Below, piece by piece: positions 58,719 to 64,000 of a DNA stretch of 64,000 nucleotides (the first letter of the stretch is position 1; each line of letters starts with the position of its first letter). Source of the stretch: Bugula neritina (taxonomy: Eukaryota; Animalia; Bryozoa); NCBI GenBank assembly GCA_964035545.1, contig OZ037768.1, forward strand, positions 2,574,741 through 2,638,740, given 5' to 3'. Below the pieces are notes generated by a model. That model was not told where the DNA came from. It searched no databases and saw nothing but the letters and a program-made list of their open reading frames with translations. The position numbers and the translations under genes were made by a program.

Positions 58719-59230
58719 TGTTGAGAAACAATCATGCGATTCCATTGCTAATCACGTGACAATATATGAACTAATTTCTGTACTATAAGAGTTGCTGTAT
58801 TCTTTTTTTACCCCTTTTCTGTTTTCTGTAATACGAGCCATCGTGCTGTTTTTCATTCAAATAAATATTTTATTAAAAATCATTAAATCAGTCACTAGTC
58901 TTGCTCAATAAGTTAAAACATCAATCAATATAAATATCACAAACGTATTTCATAATTAATACTCTACACAATGGCCACACATTCAACGGTTATTGGCCCA
59001 GCGTCTACAATGTGATCACAATGTTCATGAAAGGATTACCAACATCCTATCAGCCTTTTGTAATAGTGTATATCCAACTAGACAAAAGTCAAACCCTATC
59101 CAAATTCAAAGCAGCTCTGACCAACGTTTACCTTACTGAGTCGGCTCGATGCTCTCAATTCACAGCCATGGCATCTAAAGGGAGAGAAAATTTTAACCCC
59201 CCCCCCCCCAACAAACGGGATAAACAGTGA
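58719..59230 (+). mobile_element. Degenerate Ty1/Copia remnant: LTR, PBS and gag fragment
   Basis: LTR-like TGTTGA(58719)...TCAAC(58987). GGTTATTGGCCCAG at 58988-59001 resembles the copia half-tRNAiMet PBS (GGTTATGGGCCCAG). It is followed by MFMKGLPTSYQPFVIVYIQLDKSQTLSKFKAAL, a copia gag-like segment. Confidence 0.75.
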
Positions 59231-59801
59231 TAAACTTACAAAGGAAGTTATCATGTAGTATAAGTAGGTATATGACTAAATAATTGGAAAAAGAGAATAC
59301 ACCCGATACATGTAATTCTCTTGGGCTATTTGTTCTGTATTATATGCTGGACTATTAAAGTAAGACTTTTCAATCTAAGAACCTCATGCAAATACTTGTT
59401 GAAATATGTTTTGTGTTGAACAGTTAGTCTGGTGCAAACAGCTTTAACAAATCTGGTTGAGTCTGGCCCAACTTAGACTATATCATCATTTCCATTATCT
59501 GTACAATTTCATAAAAACAAATCAGTATATTCATATACATTGTCTTACGTTTCTATTAGTAGTCGTCTTTACATGAAAATCATTTTGTTTTATAAGGTAA
59601 ATCAATTTAAAATTAGACATACAACAGGGCATATATTAGAAGCCTATTAATAAATTAACAGATATAATGCGGTTTGAGGTAGGTGTAGCTAGGGAGAAAG
59701 TAGGAAGAGCCTGTTCTCTAGATAGAAAATGTAGTAAAAGAAGCTATGTCCTCACAAGAAGTTAAACCATCATTATGTTGTAGTCTGGCAGAACTGGGGG
59801 T

Positions 59802-60907
59802 TAGGTTCGCAATCTCGGATAAAGTTTTTTTCGCTTTTGATTATTTATCTTGAGGGTCCAGGTACATGTTTCCAGGTGGGTGTGGACCTGCCACCCTTGA
59901 GCATTTCGAGAAATCCAAGATGGCCGCCAATTATGAAAAAATCGTAATCTAGTAGGCATAAAGTCTATATTATGTTGCAAAAACAAAATTTTTTTGATGA
60001 TTTAAATAGATGTGCATTTTTGGAATGAATATGTGCCATGCCAGTAAAAAAGGAATCAAAATAAAGAGCCAAGAGACATGTTTCTCAGCTCAAAAATCGG
60101 AATTGCTTCAATAAAACATCACATATGGTGCAGAGAAATGATACAAGGTTTTTGAATAACTGTTTGGCCACTGGACAGATATATAAAAAAAAACATTGCT
60201 TATTGCCAGTGAATAGAAAGTGAAAAAAAGATACAGATGCAGCATATTGCTCAGCTAAAGTTAAAATTGAACATATATATAATCGTACAAATGCGACAAA
60301 CTTTCACTCATGTTCATATTGAACACCTTTTCATTTTTTTCTATCATTAGCATTTGTTAGAAATTTTAGTTCATATTGCAGCACACTCCTGTTGCAGCTT
60401 TACAAGGGCAGAACTCTGTGCATGGGATAGATGCACTAGAATAGCCATATCTTGTTGTTTTGCATGATTGTTGGCTTCCACAGGAGCATTTAATGAATTT
60501 GGGCCATTTTACTTTATTTAATACACATCAGCAGATTATGATCAAACATTTTAAAGTTTGCTCAAAATTCATAAAAACTTACTATATGGGGTAATAGACT
60601 TTGCTGATTTTATCTATGCATAATAAAAATGACTGGGAACAGGTCCTGCAACATTTAAGCGCGGCGTCATTGTCATACAAGCTACATATATTATATTTGT
60701 GAATCATCACGGCCTATATAATATATCAATGTAATAATAAATTAGGAAAAGATATAGAAAATCATGCATAATTGGAAAAGCCTTAATTATTCAGAGTTTT
60801 ATTTGTTAAAATTTTGATAGTTTGAGGCAAAAATCTATATACAATAGCAGCTAAATTGTAAAAAATCGCCAAAAGCTAGAGTCGTCGAGTGTACACCGAA
60901 TTAACTA
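59802..60907. mobile_element. Possible non-autonomous DNA-transposon remnant
   Basis: CpG-richer ends and an AAATCCAAGATGGCCGCC motif typical of invertebrate DNA-transposon subtermini; TAG...CTA ends, but no convincing TIR or TSD. Boundaries uncertain. Confidence 0.3.
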
Positions 60908-61479
60908 AAATGATCCACTTCATAATACTGTCTGGTGTAAGCACAACATCATTTCCTACTTCTTTTTGGGAAAAGAGATTCTGTTAGATCTCCTTTCACC
61001 TACCAATGTTCTAGTGAGTTTAATGCCGAAGTTGCATATGGCTACCTGGAGGTGTGCTCTGGTGACATAGTCTTATAATAGCTTCATCTGTAGGAGGCAA
61101 AGTACATAAGTTAAAGGCACATCGCAAATAGCATTGCTGACCTTGGTTTCCCAAGCCTTTTGTCTTGTAGATGTCATGAAGGAGCACTTTGCATAATTGT
61201 AGCAACATAGCATAAACTTGGTAGCTTGTATGAATAGTCATCCTGAAAAAAGCACTAGTGTCACCAAATCACACTTTCCTTCTACCAAGACATTTAGTAT
61301 GACTCCCTTTCCAATATTTTACATTGTTGCCCCTGAGAGGTCATGGGAAAGCAACAAATTGTTCATTATAGGACCTTGTCTCGGACTTTCTCACCTAATA
61401 TGCTGTGGTCCAGGATGAGTAGCGGTTTTGCAGGGCACCAAGTGCTATCAGAGATGTGTCATCTGATTCTATTGTCAAC

Positions 61480-61730
61480 ATCTTCATCTGAGAAGCCACA
61501 TTTCAGTATGCCATCCTTCACTGTATCCATTAACCTTTTCTTTGGCCCCTCTCTTCCTCTTTCTCTATATCTTCATCTCAGCCACCATTATAATATCTTC
61601 CTCCCTATCTCTTCTGCGCACATGTCCATACCATTGAGGAGGTCTCCTCCTCATGTCTATTGCGACGGCTTCTATTTTGGCCTCCTCCTTTATATTGTGA
61701 TAGATTATGCCTTGGTTTGTTCTTTTGTTC
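61480..61730 (-). mobile_element. RTE-like LINE 3' fragment (reverse transcriptase C-terminus), degenerate
   Basis: Minus-strand peptide MRRRPPQWYGHVRRRDREEDIIMVAEMKI*RKRKRG resembles the RTE 'RLRWYGHV.RR...GKR.RGRP' tail. Confidence 0.7.
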
Positions 61731-61735
61731 AATAA

Positions 61736-62044
61736 TGTTAATTGGGGTCCGAAATTCGGAGTTCCGAGTTTCGGCTTGACCGAAGATCGGTTCCCCCGAT
61801 CTTCGGGCCTGCCGAATTTCGGAGCTACCGAACTTCGGGCCACACACACAAAAGATTCTTTGTTTTATGTTCTTTTGTTCGCTGTATATAAAAGCAGGCG
61901 AGTTACGGTGTTAAGCCAGTCTACTACTGGAGCTCGCCTAGACAAGTTGACATTATTTTTATACTATAATAAACATTTGGAACTCTACTACTTCAACCTA
62001 TCTTGTTCTGCACTAAGTTACATTCAACCCACAAGTTTATCACA
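61736..62044 (+). repeat. 5' LTR of the Gypsy element, 309 bp
   Basis: TG...CA termini; TATATAAAA at about 61886; AATAAA at 61968; PBS immediately downstream. Confidence 0.85.
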
Positions 62045-62045
62045 T

Positions 62046-62064
62046 TGGTGGCAGCGGTGGGATT
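62046..62064 (+). other. Primer-binding site for tRNA-Leu
   Basis: TGGTGGCAGCGGTGGGATT is complementary to the 3' end of tRNA-Leu(AAG/TAG), ...AATCCCACCGCTGCCA-CCA. Confidence 0.88.
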
Positions 62065-62090
62065 CTGAATACTAGTGTAAGAAGAACAAG

Positions 62091-62996
62091 ATGGCTCCAG
62101 GGGGTGAGGAGGCAACCCCTGGAGCAGCCGCGACACCAACCCTCACTGTGGAGGCTTTGGTGACAGCCCTCCGAAAGTTGCAGGGGACAGGGCAGGCGCC
62201 ACCTGGTGACAGGTACCGCCTCAGTCCCCCAACTTTTGGAGGTGATGGGGATGTGGAGCAATTCATCCGGGAGTTCCAGGACGTGGCCACCATCGCTGAA
62301 TGGCCAGTGCCGGTGCGCGTCCTCCAACTCCGGGCCTGTTTGACAGGCCGGGCCAAGAGTTTCGCTCTGGGGCCCGATGAAGCACACATCTTACGTGCCC
62401 TAAGGGCCAGGTTTGGCATGACGTCAGAGGAGGCGTCTGACCGCCTACAGGCCCTGAGAAGGGACAGGAGGACATCATTGGAGGACCACGCCAACGTGGT
62501 GGAACGCTTGGCCCAGGCTGCTTTCAGCCAGGCTACCGGAACGGAAAGACAGCGCCTGGTGTACAACGCGTTTTTCCGGAGTATAAATCATCCTGACCTC
62601 CAACGCTATTGGATGGCTGGCAAGGTGGGCAGCCTGGACGAAGCTCTGGAAACGGGTAAAGCCTATTTCCAGGTAGAAGAGCTTCAAGGACCAAGATTCG
62701 CCGCCCGCCAGGTGGTCGATGAGGAGACCGCCCTGCCTGCTAAACCCCAAGTAGCGGCCGCAGCAACTAAATCACTCGAGCAGACGCAGCTCACCATGTT
62801 AATGGACATGATGAAAGGCCTGCAGGCTACAGTGACGAAGTTGCAGAGCGAACAGGCGGATAGGCGGGCTCCCCGTTCACGGGACAACCCTGTCCGCCCA
62901 TCTCTACTAACCTGTTGGGGGTGCGGGGTGCAAGGGCATGTGAGGAGGCACTGCCCTAGAGGCCAAGGGCCTTTAAACACCCAAGGCTCACGGTAA
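62091..62996 (+). CDS. gag: Gypsy Gag, 301 aa
   Basis: PTFGGDGDVEQFIREF capsid-like start; CCHC knuckle CWGCGVQGHVRRHC. Confidence 0.93.
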   Translation: MAPGGEEATPGAAATPTLTVEALVTALRKLQGTGQAPPGDRYRLSPPTFGGDGDVEQFIREFQDVATIAEWPVPVRVLQLRACLTGRAKSFALGPDEAHILRALRARFGMTSEEASDRLQALRRDRRTSLEDHANVVERLAQAAFSQATGTERQRLVYNAFFRSINHPDLQRYWMAGKVGSLDEALETGKAYFQVEELQGPRFAARQVVDEETALPAKPQVAAAATKSLEQTQLTMLMDMMKGLQATVTKLQSEQADRRAPRSRDNPVRPSLLTCWGCGVQGHVRRHCPRGQGPLNTQGSR

Positions 62997-63016
62997 CTTC
63001 CGCCAACCGTGGGCCT
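62972..63016 (+). promoter_or_regulatory. Programmed -1 ribosomal frameshift signal
   Basis: Slippery heptamer T TTA AAC (62972-62978) in the gag frame, a 6-nt spacer, then a 10-bp stem GGCTCACGGT/ACCGTGGGCC (62985-63015). Confidence 0.85.
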
Positions 63017-64000
63017 CACGCCAATCCCATCCGGGATAGGACTCGAAGAGGAGAAGAAGAGACCTCCACAGGGTCTGCCGATACCGAGTGGCAGAGGCCA
63101 CGGAGACCTCGGAGACCGCAAGGTCTACCCGATCCTCCGGCCGTGTCACTCGAGACCCGGATGCAGCTAGAAGAAGCAGGATGGCAGGCACCTCGGAGAT
63201 CTCGGAGACCGCAAGGTCTACCCGATCCTCCGGCCTGGCCACTCCAGAACCGGTTCGCGGGGTTGCCCGAGGAGGTTGTGGAGGAGGATTCAGCTTACTC
63301 GCAAGAGTACCCCAAGCTACCCTCCCGACCTCAGAAAACCCCCGTTGTCTCTAAGACAAAGAGGAGGCCCGCTGTGCGGACCCAAGTTGTGTCTCCCCCA
63401 GAGACTGACCGCTCCAGGAGTGCCCAGCCGTATGGAAGCAGCTACTTTCTGCCCGGAAAGATTTCGGGTAAAGCTGCCACATTCCTACTGGATACTGGGT
63501 GCACTACCAACCTGCTGAGTAGGCGTCTCTTTGACACTCTTGGTGCACGAGAGCGGGCGAGCCTCGAGCCGTATGAAGGTGCGCATGGTACGTTGGCGGA
63601 CGGATCATGCATTCCTTTCTACGGCGTCATTTCACTACCTGGACGCGTCCGTGATCAAGCAATTCACGAGACGTTCATAGTCAGCCAGCTGAAGGAGGAC
63701 GCCATCCTGGGAATGCCGTTTCTGGAGAAACACCAGTGTCACATGGATTTCCAGAAGTCAGTGGTGGTGATGGCTGGGAAGGAGCTTGTCTGCGTCGACA
63801 AGTTCGGAAGGCCCTTGGTGGGCGGAGTCCAGGTAGTGCGGGACTGCACGGTTCCGGGAAGATCCCAGGCGACTCTTCGCTGCAGAGTCAACTGCAAGGG
63901 GATCGCCGGCCTGGGGGTGGTTGAGGGAACGCACGGAGCGATCCGACTAGCAAACAGCCTGAATCGGCTAGATTGTCGGCAGGAGCTCCTCGTGCAGTGC
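62972..64000 (+). CDS. pol: Gypsy Pol N-terminus (linker plus aspartic protease), -1 frame relative to gag, 3'-partial
   Basis: Frame is open from 62972 to the window end; FLLDTGCTTNLL at 63482 onwards and AILGMPFL downstream. Confidence 0.92.

Larger units (their letters stand above)
61736..64000 (+). mobile_element. Ty3/Gypsy LTR retrotransposon, 5' part (continues beyond the window)
   Basis: LTR, PBS, gag and protease in the expected order; markedly GC-rich relative to the host; no stop codons in gag or pol. Confidence 0.95.

Noticed and set aside
61745-61842. CRISPR array
   Set aside because: Repeats are 11 bp with 4-5 bp spacers, inside a eukaryotic LTR, with no cas genes.
62040-63924. 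Multiple antisense and alternative-frame ORFs over gag/pol
   Set aside because: Expected in GC-rich coding DNA; no recognisable domains.

Overview
AT-rich, intron-containing animal DNA (probably an invertebrate; the taxon cannot be fixed from sequence alone). I spliced all gene models by hand from GT-AG sites and phase continuity. Genes in order: the 3' part of a GH65/PGGHG-like gene with a degenerate active site and a GPI-like tail (+); a theta-like GST (-); SAMTOR/BMT2 (-); rabenosyn-5 RBSN (+); MRPS25 (-); SARNP (+); a convergent pair of unannotated two-exon genes (31731-32636 + and 34332-35523 -); two tandem CX3C-type amidase paralogues (-); and a 17-finger C2H2 gene (+). The window ends with a Copia remnant, an RTE-LINE fragment and the 5' end of a young Gypsy element with a -1 frameshift signal. 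The best candidate for an undescribed system is the convergent pair. Both encode predicted N-myristoylated/palmitoylated proteins ending in a small bacterial-type HEPN domain with an intact R-N-x-x-x-H RNase motif. The domain is split by an intron at the same position in both, so it is not visible in the ORF track. One copy also carries a 12x His/Pro/Gly hexapeptide repeat and a SERBP1-like C-terminal FPALA motif. Other notable signals: a probable GH65 pseudoenzyme, mosaic divergence between the amidases, a higher-order zinc-finger repeat varying at DNA-contact positions, and 'drifting' 6-bp periodic tracts in the first introns of five genes. No database searches were run; family assignments rest on recalled motifs.
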